The notes under the pieces are model-generated. The model did no database searches. It was not told the DNA's origin and saw only the letters and a program-made list of their open reading frames with translations. Made by a program: the position numbers and the translations under genes. Shown one piece after another: positions 47,221 through 59,655 of a DNA stretch of 64,000 nt (position 1 is the stretch's first letter; each line of letters begins with the position of its first letter). The stretch lies in assembly GCA_026023565.1 (NCBI GenBank), contig JAPETS010000026.1, forward strand, positions 1 through 64,000. The letters are read 5' to 3'. Source of the stretch: Cirrosporium novae-zelandiae. Its lineage: Eukaryota.

Positions 47221-48519
47221 ATGTCCCGTGATCTACATATAGAACTCAACTCCTCCCCCACCATCGCTTCTTCCAGCACCGTAAGCGGCCGCGTCATCTT
47301 TTCTTCCCAGAAAGATGAAGCAGTAGGTCGTATCACGGTCGCGTTTTTGGGTCGCTGCAAAACCAAAATCTACCGTTCCAATGGACAAAACCGCACCACC
47401 TATCGCGGGCGCGCTCAACTCTTCTCTTTTTCTCAGATATTGTATGAGGGTCATTATACCCTTCGAACGGGCCAATATGAATGGCCCTTTGAGTTTATTG
47501 TTCCCGAGTACACTCAAGGTCCTGGGGAACCTTGGAGTGAAAGGCCTGGATTTAATACCAATGCAGTTCAGCTATTGCCGCCGAGCATGACGTTCAAGTA
47601 TCGTGGGTTTGCAACCAACACGACGGGATTCATCTCGTACGAACTCCATGCACGCATGGATCGGCCTGCAGACGCCTCCATCTTCAGTACAGGAAAGAAC
47701 AGCTCGATGCTTCTACAATATCTACCAAGCCGAGGTTCCCAGCACCCCGAGCCTGAAATAAGACAGATCGGAACCCCTAGCTCCACCACTTTCCGCTGCC
47801 ATAGCCTATACCTGCTGCCCGAGAAGCAAGGCCAGCCCCTCAGCTTCAAAGAAAAAACCAAGTCCATCTTTATGAAATCGGACCTCCCTTGCTCAGTCTT
47901 CCAGATGAGCCTCGTAGCTCCTCACGTCGTCTACGGCAACGGTCCCTTACCAATCCTCGCCGAAATCATACATCAACCTGGCGAATCGACGGCCCCAGAA
48001 ATCCCCGCCGTGTATATTGAAAGCTGCACGGTCACTCTCAAATCCAGAACCCATTCACGTGCACGGGCATATTTCAGCGACAACATGCAAGATGACTTCA
48101 CGGATAAATTCACCCTAGCTTCAAAGGCCGACATGCACCTCCTTCTCCCCGCCCCCACCGGCCAAGTAAGCCTATCCGAAAGCCTACCACTTCTCCGCCT
48201 CGACCAAAATTTCATCCCAACATTCCAAACCTATAACATATCACGAGAGTACATGCTGGACATCTCCCTCCATCTCACATGCGCGGGCAAGACTTTCAAA
48301 ATGGAATGCATGTCGGCCCTCCTGATCCTCCCAACACTATACAAAGGCGACATTGAAGCACTAAACGGCGGAAATTTAACACAAGTAATGGAGGAGGCAT
48401 TGCCTGCATATTCCCCAGCAGAACATTTCCAAGATAGCGATACCGAGGACGAGAAGCTGCCTGCCTACAAGGACGATCGGCATTCAGGCGAGAGGGTAAG
48501 GAAGAAGGAAAAAGCATAA
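47221..48519 (+). CDS. Alpha-arrestin (arrestin N-domain) family protein
   Basis: VSGRV...ITVAFLGRCKTKI...GQYEWPFEFIVP...LPPSM...ISYEL...PTFQTYNISREY. Two C-terminal LPAY (PY) motifs. Confidence 0.85.
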   Translation: MSRDLHIELNSSPTIASSSTVSGRVIFSSQKDEAVGRITVAFLGRCKTKIYRSNGQNRTTYRGRAQLFSFSQILYEGHYTLRTGQYEWPFEFIVPEYTQGPGEPWSERPGFNTNAVQLLPPSMTFKYRGFATNTTGFISYELHARMDRPADASIFSTGKNSSMLLQYLPSRGSQHPEPEIRQIGTPSSTTFRCHSLYLLPEKQGQPLSFKEKTKSIFMKSDLPCSVFQMSLVAPHVVYGNGPLPILAEIIHQPGESTAPEIPAVYIESCTVTLKSRTHSRARAYFSDNMQDDFTDKFTLASKADMHLLLPAPTGQVSLSESLPLLRLDQNFIPTFQTYNISREYMLDISLHLTCAGKTFKMECMSALLILPTLYKGDIEALNGGNLTQVMEEALPAYSPAEHFQDSDTEDEKLPAYKDDRHSGERVRKKEKA

Positions 48520-49622
48520 GGTCCAGAGCGTGGGTAAATAATTGATTAATTAACGCATGTCATATTCCACGCCGGCATCTGCACTGCACTTACGGTGTAT
48601 CACCGTGGTCCGGAAAAAAAAAGAAATGTTTCAATTCTTCTGCTACAGTTACCTAATAACCTAACCTAACTCTATCGCTGTTCAAAGCCCGAGAAACCTA
48701 GACCGGGAAATCCTCGACTAATATCAACATCAACATTAACATCCATCCATCCATCCATTTACGCTCAAAACTCTCCACCCGGCCATCCACACATACTTCC
48801 CACCTAGAAACCTACCCAGATACAGAAACCTAAAAGTAAAATGACCCGTAACTCATGAATATGGGTGTATTTCCCTTCCTACAATGGTCAATATCATCTA
48901 GCTTAATTGATTGAATCAAGATGTTGTATTTTGAACATGGGTGCACTAGGGCTGGGCTGGGCTGGCTAATGGAGCGTACGCCGTGGGTGTGGGTGTAGGT
49001 ATAGAGGTGATAGTTACCAAGGTGGCATGTTGGTGGTTATGAGAACAAGAATAAGAACGAGCACGATAATCCCTTCGATGCTAGATGGGATGTCTTTCAC
49101 CTTATATATACTCATATATCTTACTCACATCTACTCACTCATATCTGTAACCAATATCTCTCTCCATGCATAGCGATAATATTAATTATATCCAAGCAAG
49201 ACTTCTACTCTATATGGTATTTTGATCGGAGGTCATGTTTGCATTGGATTTGGATTGGATGAGTCGGCTAAGATGATATTTTGTGGTTGGTTGTTTAATT
49301 TAGGTTGATGGGAGAAATCAGATGAAAGATTTTGACGGGGATTAAGGGAATAATACAAGGATATGAAAAAGAAAAAAAACCGAGGAAATGATATGAAGCT
49401 TACGAGGGATATATTCTTTTTCTTTTGTATATTCAGCTACATAGTTTAGCAATATTCATGGTAGCTAAATACTAATAAAGGAACCAACTCTACGCAAGTA
49501 TAACAAATATCAAATAAACCCCGATGCATCCCGTGACCAGCAGTTGCTTCAGCGAAAACCCATACGTATACTATAACAATTCTTCAACAGATATTGGTTG
49601 TATGGTTATGCAAGTGAGTTGC

Positions 49623-50766
49623 TTAAAAGCGTCCGACTCCAAAGGATTGGCCCCCAGGGTTGTTGTCTATACTGCCAAGTGGCTGTCTAGAAGCGTACAT
49701 GTTTCGAGGTTGCTGATGTTGAGGGGTAAAGGCTCCAACTCGCTGAGTCGCAATTGGTAATCTTGTACGTTGTCGAATTCCCGTCGGTGGTGGCCCCATA
49801 GTTCCATGGGCATCTCCATTTCCAGCACTTCCACTTTTTTGATGTCGATGTAACTGTTCCACGCCATTGTGGTCAACTGGAAATGAACGCGAGGTTGGTC
49901 GGGAATCCCTGGCAGATGAACTGCCCATTCCACCAAGATGGGCTTGATGAACACCTGGGAATTGGTCGGCATATCTGTTGGCTGCTGCAGAATTAAGGAT
50001 ATGAGGCACAGATTCGTTGGCTGCAGTTTGGACGTGGGATAGCATAGCTCTCTGCTTGAGCTTGTCGTACAGATGCTGTGTTTCCTGCTGCTTGCGAACC
50101 TTTTCGTTGATGGTTTGCATTAGCTCGTGGTTCTTGCGCTGTAGGGTATTGGCTTCTAGCGTCATAGCTAGGGAAGCGAGTCAGGATGATGAATCAATAG
50201 GGGCCAGGGCACAAACAGTCCAGCTTGTTTTGGAGAGATTCGATTTGAGTATTGGCATTATTGATTATTCGATCGACTTGGTTGCTTAAAGTACCGTATT
50301 TATCGACAAAAGTCTTGCCTTGGGATTCTTGGATCATGCTATTCCAATCAGCCTAGTGTTACCCATACTCGAACCGGCCGAGGGTGTAATGCATTTCTTG
50401 TGTGGCTTGATATGTCCAGAACCCTAGGCCCCTACCTACACAATCCATGATAGTCTGGGGACTCAGTCCACTCAAGACACTTGTCTTGTAATCATCTGAA
50501 GGGTTCAAATCGGCAAGGACAGCATCATCTGGGTTAGGAAGGCTTGTATCACAAGCAGGGCAGATGCGATGACCACTAGATGGATTTGATAACCCAAGAG
50601 AGTCAGAACAGGCTGTGCAGAATATGTGCCTATACACAAGGTGAATGTTAGAAATGGGAAACCCGTATAGCTCAAAGAGGAGGCCCTACGAGCAAGTAGT
50701 GACAACAGCACGACTATTTAATTGAACTCGGCACTTGAGGTTATTGCATCGTAAAGTGAATTCCAT
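49623..50766 (-). CDS. HEI10: RING E3 ligase HEI10/CCNB1IP1 (meiotic crossover protein), multi-exon
   Basis: MEFTLRCNNLKCR...AVVTTCS/HIFCTACS...ICPACDTSL.NPDDAV...LNPSDDYKTSVLSGLSPQTIMDC..R.L.FW.YQ..QE, followed by a coiled coil. The exact 3' end is uncertain. Confidence 0.9.
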
Positions 50767-51504
50767 CCTTTGATGCCTTGACTTGAGTGGTGAAGGAGTG
50801 TCACGAATAGCTGTGTTGGTGGTAGCAGGCGTAGGATAGCCAAGTTGCTTCTGTTGTAGGTTGTTAAGGGATTCGAGCAGCTCAGAGACAAATGGAGAAG
50901 GTGCGGTATACATTAGAATATGCAAGGAATGATGACCTTACAAAGAGGTCAATCATATAGAATTCGGGTGAAATGAGATAAGATGAGTAGTAAAGTGATG
51001 GCAGTAGTTGGAGATGGGGAAAATAAGGAAAGGAGAGAATTATTAAAGGTTTCATATAGTTAGAAGAGAGGAACTATTCTGAAAAAATATATGGTGCACC
51101 TAGGGGTCCATCGAGGCCACCATCTTGCAAGTATAAAATGTATTTAGAAAAGGTATTCTCTGATGCTCCCTAATACACTCTAATACTTTCTTTTCGTCAA
51201 TATTTACGAAATGAAAATACATTGAAATAATAGTTCAACATACCATCCCCCTTTAACTATAGCAAACCATTAGAGTAGATTCATAAGATATTCATTAGTG
51301 CCATTAATAATGTCTCTTGGTTCATTAGAAGAGAATCTTCACGTTTAAAAAAATTATAGAAGTTCGAAAACTCCGGCGTTTATCCCCGGCGTTTATCAAT
51401 TCAGGCGGTGAGTTATGGCAGAACAATGTCAAGACCTGGACCTTGGAAACTTCATGTTTCTTGTCGCAAACATCATCCTAGCATCAGAATACAGGCAAAC
51501 AAAT

Positions 51505-52767
51505 ATGACGACTCCTAATACCCCTTCGGATCTTCCATCCCGAGTTTCCACTCCTAGTGCTCAGACTAATTCACGGTTCACCTCCCAAGTCTCTACCGCT
51601 GAAGATATCCTCAAAACTCAGACAATTGGTCTTGTCAAGCATGCAGACTTTCGCAAACGGCGAGCCGAGGCTCTTGAACAGAAGGAGCTGGAGGCAGAGG
51701 CTAAAAGCAGAGGAACTTATACCCCTCGAGGCTCTGGAGCATCGACACCTAATGGGTAAGATTTGTCCCTTTTGACGAGTACATAGAGCTAACTGTCAAA
51801 GTACAGAGCGTCATCATCTCGCCCGCACAAGAAGAAGCGAAAAGCAGTTGCCAAGGGAAAATTATCTTTTGGTTTAGATGATGAAGAGGAGGATTCAAGT
51901 GCATCTGCTTCAGCGGCCTCACGGTCAGGTACACCAGTTGACAAACCATCAAATAACGCTTCTCCTGAACCTCATGATGCCGCCATAGCTAAGAAGAGAT
52001 TGGGACCAAATGCAACTCTAGGAGCTGTAGCACCGAAAGTCATGACTAAATCTGCTCTTTTAAGAGAAGCCCAGACTAGGGAGCAACTGCGCAAGGAGTT
52101 TATTACAATGCAGGAGAATGTAAAGTCAACAGAAATTCTCCTACCCTTTGTTTTTTACGATGGAACGAACATTCCTGGTGGTGTTTGCAAAGTCAAGAAG
52201 GGTGACTATATTTGGGTATTCCTGGACAAGAGCAGAAAAGTTGGAGCTGAGCTTGGGGTGGGAAGTGAGAAAGCTAGCAACAGAAGAGAATGGGCCAGGG
52301 TTGGCGTAGACGATTTGATGCTTGTTAGAGGGGAAATTATAATACCACATGTAAGCTGGTACAACCTCTGCTAACAACACAAGACTAACTTGTTTCAATA
52401 GCATTATGATTTCTATTACTTTATCGTCAATAAAACAAAAGGCCATCAAGGCAAGGTACTTTTCGACTTTTCTTCCCAACCCGCGACAGACTCCCAGACC
52501 TCGCGTGAATCATCCATCGACCTCGCAAACTATGATCCCCTCTCACGTCCATCCAAAAAGGCCAAGAGTGGTGCAGTAACACCTTCCGATTCCAAACTCG
52601 AGGGATATTCCGACGACCCAAACCTGACCAAAGTTGTCGATCGACGATGGTATGAACGTAACAAGCATATATTTCCGGCAAGTGTCTGGGAAGAGTTTGA
52701 TCCCAGCAAGGATTACACCAATAGTATCCGGAAAGATGCCGAGGGGAATTCTTTCTTTTTTTCGTGA
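51505..52767 (+). CDS. XAP5: XAP5/FAM50 family protein, 3 exons
   Basis: [19 protein letters not shown]...[47 protein letters not shown] and [26 protein letters not shown]. Confidence 0.92.
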
Positions 52768-52970
52768 ACAAGGCGCGATAGTTGGAGATTTGGATTTCCG
52801 GGGCCGTCTGCTTCTACATTATGGAGAAATATTCGTCAAGTCGTTTATACTACCCAACTCCATGGGATAGCGGGCTCCTCGCAACAACTATTCCGTCAGT
52901 GTAAATATATCGGGCAAAAGAATAGCGAATACCCATGACTTACTTTATCGATTCCTCAAAATCAACATGC

Positions 52971-53264
52971 TCAATAATAATTCATCCAATACCAAGCTCC
53001 AAGAACTCCCCACACTATAATCCACCCAGGCCAAAACACCAACAGGACCAAGGCATTGGGGTTCAACAACCAGATCATGAAATCGAAAAACAGGGCATCC
53101 TGGAATTTTTCGATTGCTTCTCTGGTTGCCGATTTCTTCCTCTCGCCAACAGGTTCAAGCCTAGTCGAGAACCTTTGTTTCAGCTTATACCGATGACCCT
53201 CATCACGTCGTGGTTGCTTGGGATCCGCATGCTTGTAGGGCGAGGAGGTGCACATATAAGCCAT
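52971..53264 (-). CDS. Small hypothetical membrane protein (97 aa)
   Basis: ATG ORF with a basic N-half and a hydrophobic C-terminal segment LVLLVFWPGWIIVWGVLGAWYW; convergent with XAP5. Confidence 0.55.
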   Translation of the reverse strand: MAYMCTSSPYKHADPKQPRRDEGHRYKLKQRFSTRLEPVGERKKSATREAIEKFQDALFFDFMIWLLNPNALVLLVFWPGWIIVWGVLGAWYWMNYY

Positions 53265-55252
53265 ATTTAAAAGACCAGGACTACCAAAAATCGGGATTTT
53301 GATTTTTGTTGTTGTTGGCAGTAGCAAAAGCTAATCAAATCCGAATTCGAGTAGTAGTAGCTGTACAGTAGAGACAGTAGAGAAATGTATATAAAAAAAA
53401 TGTATAAATGTAAATAGGCCGAACCAACTATCTATCTGCCCGACAGTACAGTAAAGTAATTTATTAAATAGAGTAAGTAACTAACTAAACAGACCCCAAG
53501 AAAAAACCAAAAAAAGAGGTCCTTCATGCTAACTAAGTACTTTATTATCCCCCCCCCTGTTTTTTTTTTTGACCCCGGAGAGATCTCTCTCTGTGGGGCA
53601 GGCAGATCAAGTAGCACAGGAGCAGGAGAAAGAGAGAGTTGAGAGTTGGTCCAAGAGTAAGTAAGTAGCATCGATGGCTCGCTCCATTTCCAACCCCCCA
53701 CCCCATTGGCCGAATCAGGATATAAACTCCATCACGTTGTAGAAAACTACGTGCGTGCAGCTAAGTTGATCGAAAGAGCTAGAAAAAGGTCTCGTACGAT
53801 ACGATCGATTCCATATCTTCACTTCAGTTCTTTAGTTCTTTAGTCTTTGGGATCCACTCATTCATTCATAGAGTCCTTCCAGAACTTTTTTTTTTCGATA
53901 CATACATTTCCACTCCTACCTAGGCGTACTGTAATTTTTTACTTTTTACTTTTAGTAACCGATCCCATAAAATGCGGACCGAAGCGAATTGCGAGTCTCG
54001 ACTGAAACTTTAATTATTTTTTTTTTGGAGGAAAATTTTAAAAGGAGGTTTCTGGATGGAGTGCTAACTAGGGATGGATGATTTACTTGTAAGCGAACTG
54101 GGGGGGGGAAGGGGTTGTGGAGCAAGTTATAGTGGGCATGAATGAGATATTGAACATGGCATGCACTCATCGAATACATACACACATACATACATAAATT
54201 ATACATCTGATCAGAAGAAAAGAAAAAAAAATCTCACCCATTCTTTCTTTCACATGTGAATTTATTTTTCTCTCATTTCCTTAGCTAATTTGTTGGATAT
54301 GTATGTATGCATCATGATTCATTTCTCCTCATGGCGTGATTTTATTTATTTGGGGAAGAAAAACTAATGAGGGGCGTGGTTTTTTTTTTCTCGAAGGAGA
54401 AGAATTTCTCAAATTGCATTTTACTTAAAGTAGATCTTTGGAGCTTGGACTATGCGGGCGTGGGAGGGAGCTGAGATAGGATGGTTGGATGAATGGTTTG
54501 ATGGCTTGCTGGTTGATGGTTAATACTCGGGAAGTTCGCCGTGAGTGCGGTGTGCGGTGTGTCGTGTTCGTATTAACCTATAGATAAGGGAAAAGGAGAG
54601 AGAAAGAGTGAGGGGGGAGAGAAGAAAAAAGGAGAACAGTTAAAAGAAGGAAGTACGTGTGCTTTCATTTTGTTTTTCTTTGAAAGCTAGGCGAGGCGGT
54701 CTAGGTTAACTATTTATATATTTTTTGCGTATGCTATTTTATTTAGGCAACCCACGTAATGTATTTTTTCCCACGTTACGGTGACGCCCGATGGAAGAAA
54801 GGAAATTCTAGAGGAGAGAGAGAGATAGCTATTGAATTAAATTTTTAAAAGGAAAAAGGAAAAGGAAAAGGAGGTTGGATAGAGTAAATTACGCAGCCAG
54901 TACAGTACTATCCTGAATTGGCTTTATAGATAGTAAAGCGCCGTTGGAGATGCGAGACTAGGGAGAGATTGCATTGCGCTACTAAAGGCTTGGTTTGGAG
55001 ATTTGGAGATATGTATGAGTCATGGTTTAGAGGGAAAGGAGAACGATTGGGGGTTTCTGGATCTTAGTGAATGTGTGGAAGGGTTTTTGGTATCTGAAAC
55101 TTGGAGTATAAAGATAGATGTTTGGAAGGGTGGTAGAAGTAGCTCTAACTACCTAGGTAACTAGGTAGGCACGCGACTTTACTATTCCATTAAATGCAAT
55201 ATAATTTGCCCTGCATAGGATTCTGCATAGGACTCTGGAATGGGCTGGTCTT

Positions 55253-56215
55253 TTACCTTTTAAAGTTCATAGAATAACCTCCCGACTTCTCATCTTTGGC
55301 CATCTGAAAATTATCTGTAGATAACCCAAAGGGTTTAAGAATTCCATTCCCAAGCTTCAATCATGTTAGCATAAAACGTCAAAGTCAAAGATGTGACATC
55401 ACACCTCTTTCAACTTTCCCATCATCTCTCCCATTTCCTTATCCTTGGCCGCATTTATTCTTAAAGGTAGTGTTGCCAGTGCTCTTTGTACAATCTTCTT
55501 ATCTTGTGGCGGGAGATTAGGCATTTGGGACAACTGCTTGTAATCTAAAGCCCATCAGTAACTGTCAACCACCTGCTGGAGACGACTTTCATACCTTCTT
55601 CGGCACCTTGTAAATTTGACCATCCTCCCTGTTCACTCCTGGCCCTAGCTCGCCTTATCAAAGCCTTTGAACGTATTCGCCGGATATCTTCTTTCCTCTT
55701 ATCCTGCTCCTTTAACTTTTCCACTTCTAATTCTGCCTCTTCACCTTCCCCTTCAATCTCTACCACACCTCCTTCATCTTTCTGCTCCTTGATAGACCCT
55801 TCTGGTGGTGGTGGCTCCAACCGATTCAAAGCCTCCAATGACGCTGTAGCAGCATCAACCGCAGCCTTCCAGTCTTCGAGCTTCAAATGGCATGCCGAGA
55901 TATTACTTCGTAGGACGGCGATTTCATATTCCAGATAATTTGGACATGACGCCAGGGCCTTATCATATTCACCGATGGCTTCCTCGTACCGTTGTGATCC
56001 AAATAACCTATTAGCACACAATTTCTGGTCGTTAGATTCCTTGAGAAGCGCCTATGACGAAGGTAAGATTAGATGAGTGTGCTAGTGGGGAGGTGGGGCA
56101 AGGGACTTACAGCTTCTTCTGCAGGAGAGAACCGTTCGTTCTCAGGAGCGGTTTGAAAACTTGATATTGATTCAGCACTGGGCTTGCGAGAGGGGGTTTT
56201 GGACGTTGATGCCAT
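55253..56215 (-). CDS. Tetratricopeptide repeat protein 1 (TTC1-like), 4 exons
   Basis: [21 protein letters not shown]...[19 protein letters not shown]...KALIRRARA...[27 protein letters not shown]...GGYSMNF. Confidence 0.88.
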
Positions 56216-56678
56216 GGTTGTGAGAGTTCTTGGAGTCTGTTAGGGTTGGAAATCGCTTGGCAGTGCGGGTACAGGTAGCGGAGGAAGGTCACCTCCGGCC
56301 GATTCTAATATCCAATCCTTATGAATGACTATTGAAAATCCGAAATACTATAAAAACTGCACATTTCTTATTGTGTTTGTCTTAATAGTCCATTTATGCT
56401 CTTGAGTTATCCATCACCAAAAGGCACGTCACGGATTAAAATCTATCTTGGGGAAATATTACGTTATAATTATCCTCATATCAATCGTCCAAAGCTGAGG
56501 AGGTCTTGAATTTCAAAATCCAGCTATAGAAGCATCATTCAAACACCAATATATTTCCTAGCTCAGTTCAGCTCCCAAGGTATATATCCGATCGTTAACA
56601 TAACGCTTTCGTCCAAGACACCATTATGACAGTAGTCATAAGCGCAGAAACCCGAAACCAAACGCAATTCCTAAACAT

Positions 56679-59076
56679 TCATTTCTTGATGACTCGTTTT
56701 AACAAAGGTTCGATTCTTGCTCTCCGACTTAATCCTACCCTATACGTTACTCTACTACTGCTTAGTGGACTATGCTTATCTGGTCCCTTTTTCGATAATC
56801 CCCTATCAGGAGTTTGCACAGATCTCTCTGGCTTTTGTGGGAATGGCAAAGGCTCTCCCTTTGCTTTTTTCGGGGATATGGGAATAGGTTCGATACCTGA
56901 CTCTTTGCTGGAATCCGCACCGTGAGTTGGAGGTCCTGACATAAACTTGTTTGGAGATCTCTCAGTTAGAGGAGTCGCGCGTGTTGACTCATGTTCTATG
57001 TAAACGATGGGATGAGATGGTTCATCATTTAAAAAGGCAGGAGGGTCGATGGGATCAGTGGTGGAGGCAGATGGTTTTGTATCTATTTCTATAGCGACAT
57101 GTTCTACTGTCTGCTTCCTCTTTCGGCCACGTCGACCCTTTTCAGGTTTCGGCTCCACGGCCAGGACATCATGCTGTGGAGTTGTTTCAGGTGGAGGATT
57201 ATCTACTGTTATTTTTCTCTTCCGGCCACGCTTTTTAGGTTGTCGCACTTCCTCGGGGGATTTCGCAGAAGGAGCTACTTGGACTGTCTCGGAGTCATGA
57301 CTGTGTTGTTTTAACTCATCTGAAACAGCCTCCTTAGAAATGCGCACTTCAAAACCAGCCCCTAAGGGTTCCTGAGGAACCTCTGATTTTTTATCGGCCT
57401 CTTTCGCTGGTTCGGTGATCGGCATATCTTCTTTCCACCTTGTCTTTGGAGACATTGAAAACTCATCAACAATTATAACCTCGTCATCATTATCTCTAGG
57501 AGGTGGTTTCAAACTCCCGGTGGTTTTGGCTCTCTTGATTTTCTTCTTCCTCGCCTGCAATTCGGGTCTTTTTGATAAATCAATGTTTGCTATGAGCTCG
57601 TCAACATCGTTGTTAGCTCTGGATTGACTAGGCCGAGGCTTATATTCTTCTTTAGGCAAACCAATGGCGAGTTCGTCTGAGAATGTCAGATCATTACCTG
57701 TGAGTGCTTCAGAGCTTAGCTCTGCTTTTTTTTTGCGCTTGGTATGGGATTTCACCCCATGATCCTCTTTCTGTCTTATTGATTCTAAATCTGAAGGTAT
57801 AGGTTGAGGAGGTGATTGCTTGTTAGCACGACCTTCCTTGGCAGGGGTGAAATCATCGTCATCCACGCTGATATGAGATTCTCTATCCCGATTCTTCTTT
57901 TTGGACGGGTGATGTCCGTGATTGCTCTGGGGTTCCGTAAAGCGTCCCGAGTCTATGTTAGGCGGCCCATCAGTTTCTCCAATTCTCTCGAGGCTGGATG
58001 GGAATAAGCCTAGACCCAATTGTTCAGGCGGTTCCATTGGTATCCGGATTTCTCTAGAGTATTCTTCCGAATTGGCAGAAGGGAATTCAGTTTGTTGCGG
58101 ATCTGATGGTGTATCAGGAAGAGTGCTCGATTCACCAGGGAAACGTACAAAAGGATCTGCTAGTATAATCTCATTGGACGGAGGTAGAGGTAGGATTGAG
58201 TTGGCAGATGATGCCATAGAGCTGTATTGCATATATTGTCGTTTTTGCTCTTCAGGTAATGTAGTCTGAATAGAAAAGCCAACATGAACTTGATCCAAAG
58301 ACTGAAAAGCCGTTCCGGAGATTCCTTGGGGATTGGAACGGGCTACCCGATCCAGAGCCCGAGCAACACCTCCACTAGAGTCGTAGCTGTTGAGCTGTTG
58401 TTCCTCGGTAGAAAGCCATCTGTATGAACTTTCTGCCTCTTCTTGTCTTGTTTGATTTCCTTTTTTCGAACCGGCCTTCGTAGAAGAACGAGACTCTTGC
58501 GGTGGACTACTTTTTGGAATATCCCAATCGAAATCGGTATTCGCATTGTTTGATTTCTTAGGACTTCTACCATATAGCTTTCTTCTCTTTACCGATGAAC
58601 CATCATGAACATGATGAGTTGATCTTCGGATTGGACTACCAAATGCAAGATCATCCTGACTTGATCCATTCGGAAGGTTATTACCAAGAGCTGTTTTATC
58701 GCTTTCATGAACACCCAAGGTGGTTTGACGTCGGGCTAATTTCGAAGACTTGGAGGGTTCCATGGTTATAGGATGATCATTCGACGGCGCATGAAGGAGG
58801 TTCCACTGGGAATTTTCGATATCTCTTGCTAGTCGTTCTATGCCATTTTTTAGTAAGGTCCAATCCCTCTGAAAATATAAAATGAATACAATAGAAAATA
58901 CCTGGAGAACTTGTATTCGGATTTCTAGGCTGGTGGGTAGGCTCATTTGAACCGTTGGGTTGTTCAACATTAGAGATATCGATTGGAGGTTTGTGTGTCT
59001 GGAGTGGCCTTTCTGGACTGTCAAAGATGTCATCATCATCGTCATCGGAGTCTTCGATGACTCTTTTGCTGACCAT
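56679..59076 (-). CDS. Low-complexity nuclear protein with AT-hook-like motifs, 2 exons
   Basis: MVSKRVIEDSDDDD start spliced (intron about 58902-58839) into the 788-aa ORF. Contains IGLPKEEYKPRPS, KKRGRKRK, RRGRKRK and terminal YRVGLSRRARIEPLLK. Confidence 0.78.
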
Positions 59077-59655
59077 TGTTATATTGTAATAAGGTTTCGC
59101 GTTCCCAGGCCAGGCTCCGAGAAGAACTTGATCAGTTTCCCTTGACGTGAGAATGTCGTGGGGTACGAGATACGGTGGACGCGCTCAAAGTGAACGCGAA
59201 GTAAGCGCGTGAACAATTGCCAAGAAACGCAATAATTCTAAGAATTCTTAAAAGAAAAAAATAAAGAAAAGAAAAAACGAAACTTATTATATTACTGATA
59301 TACTAACTAGCTGTCAGGGGACCCTAGGTCATGCAATGCCTAAGGTTCTGATTTGGGTGATATCTAGGTTGGTTCGTTGTCTAGGCTAGGGAGGAGGCTC
59401 ACCTTATAAGGTGAGCCTAGGGTCTATACCCTAATAGTCTAACCTAAAAGGGAACCGTAACACTAGCTATTGCATATCTAAAGTCGGCGCCTTTTAATTC
59501 TCGAACGGTAACTCATAAATTCATACACCTTTCAATATGGAATTGTTGCATTGTAGAGAACAAACTATCAAACATCCCCGTTGGTCTGGAGAAGCTGGCC
59601 GCAAACTTTGGTATTATTTTATTAATTAAATGTTGTTAAGAGAGCAGACGTCCCT

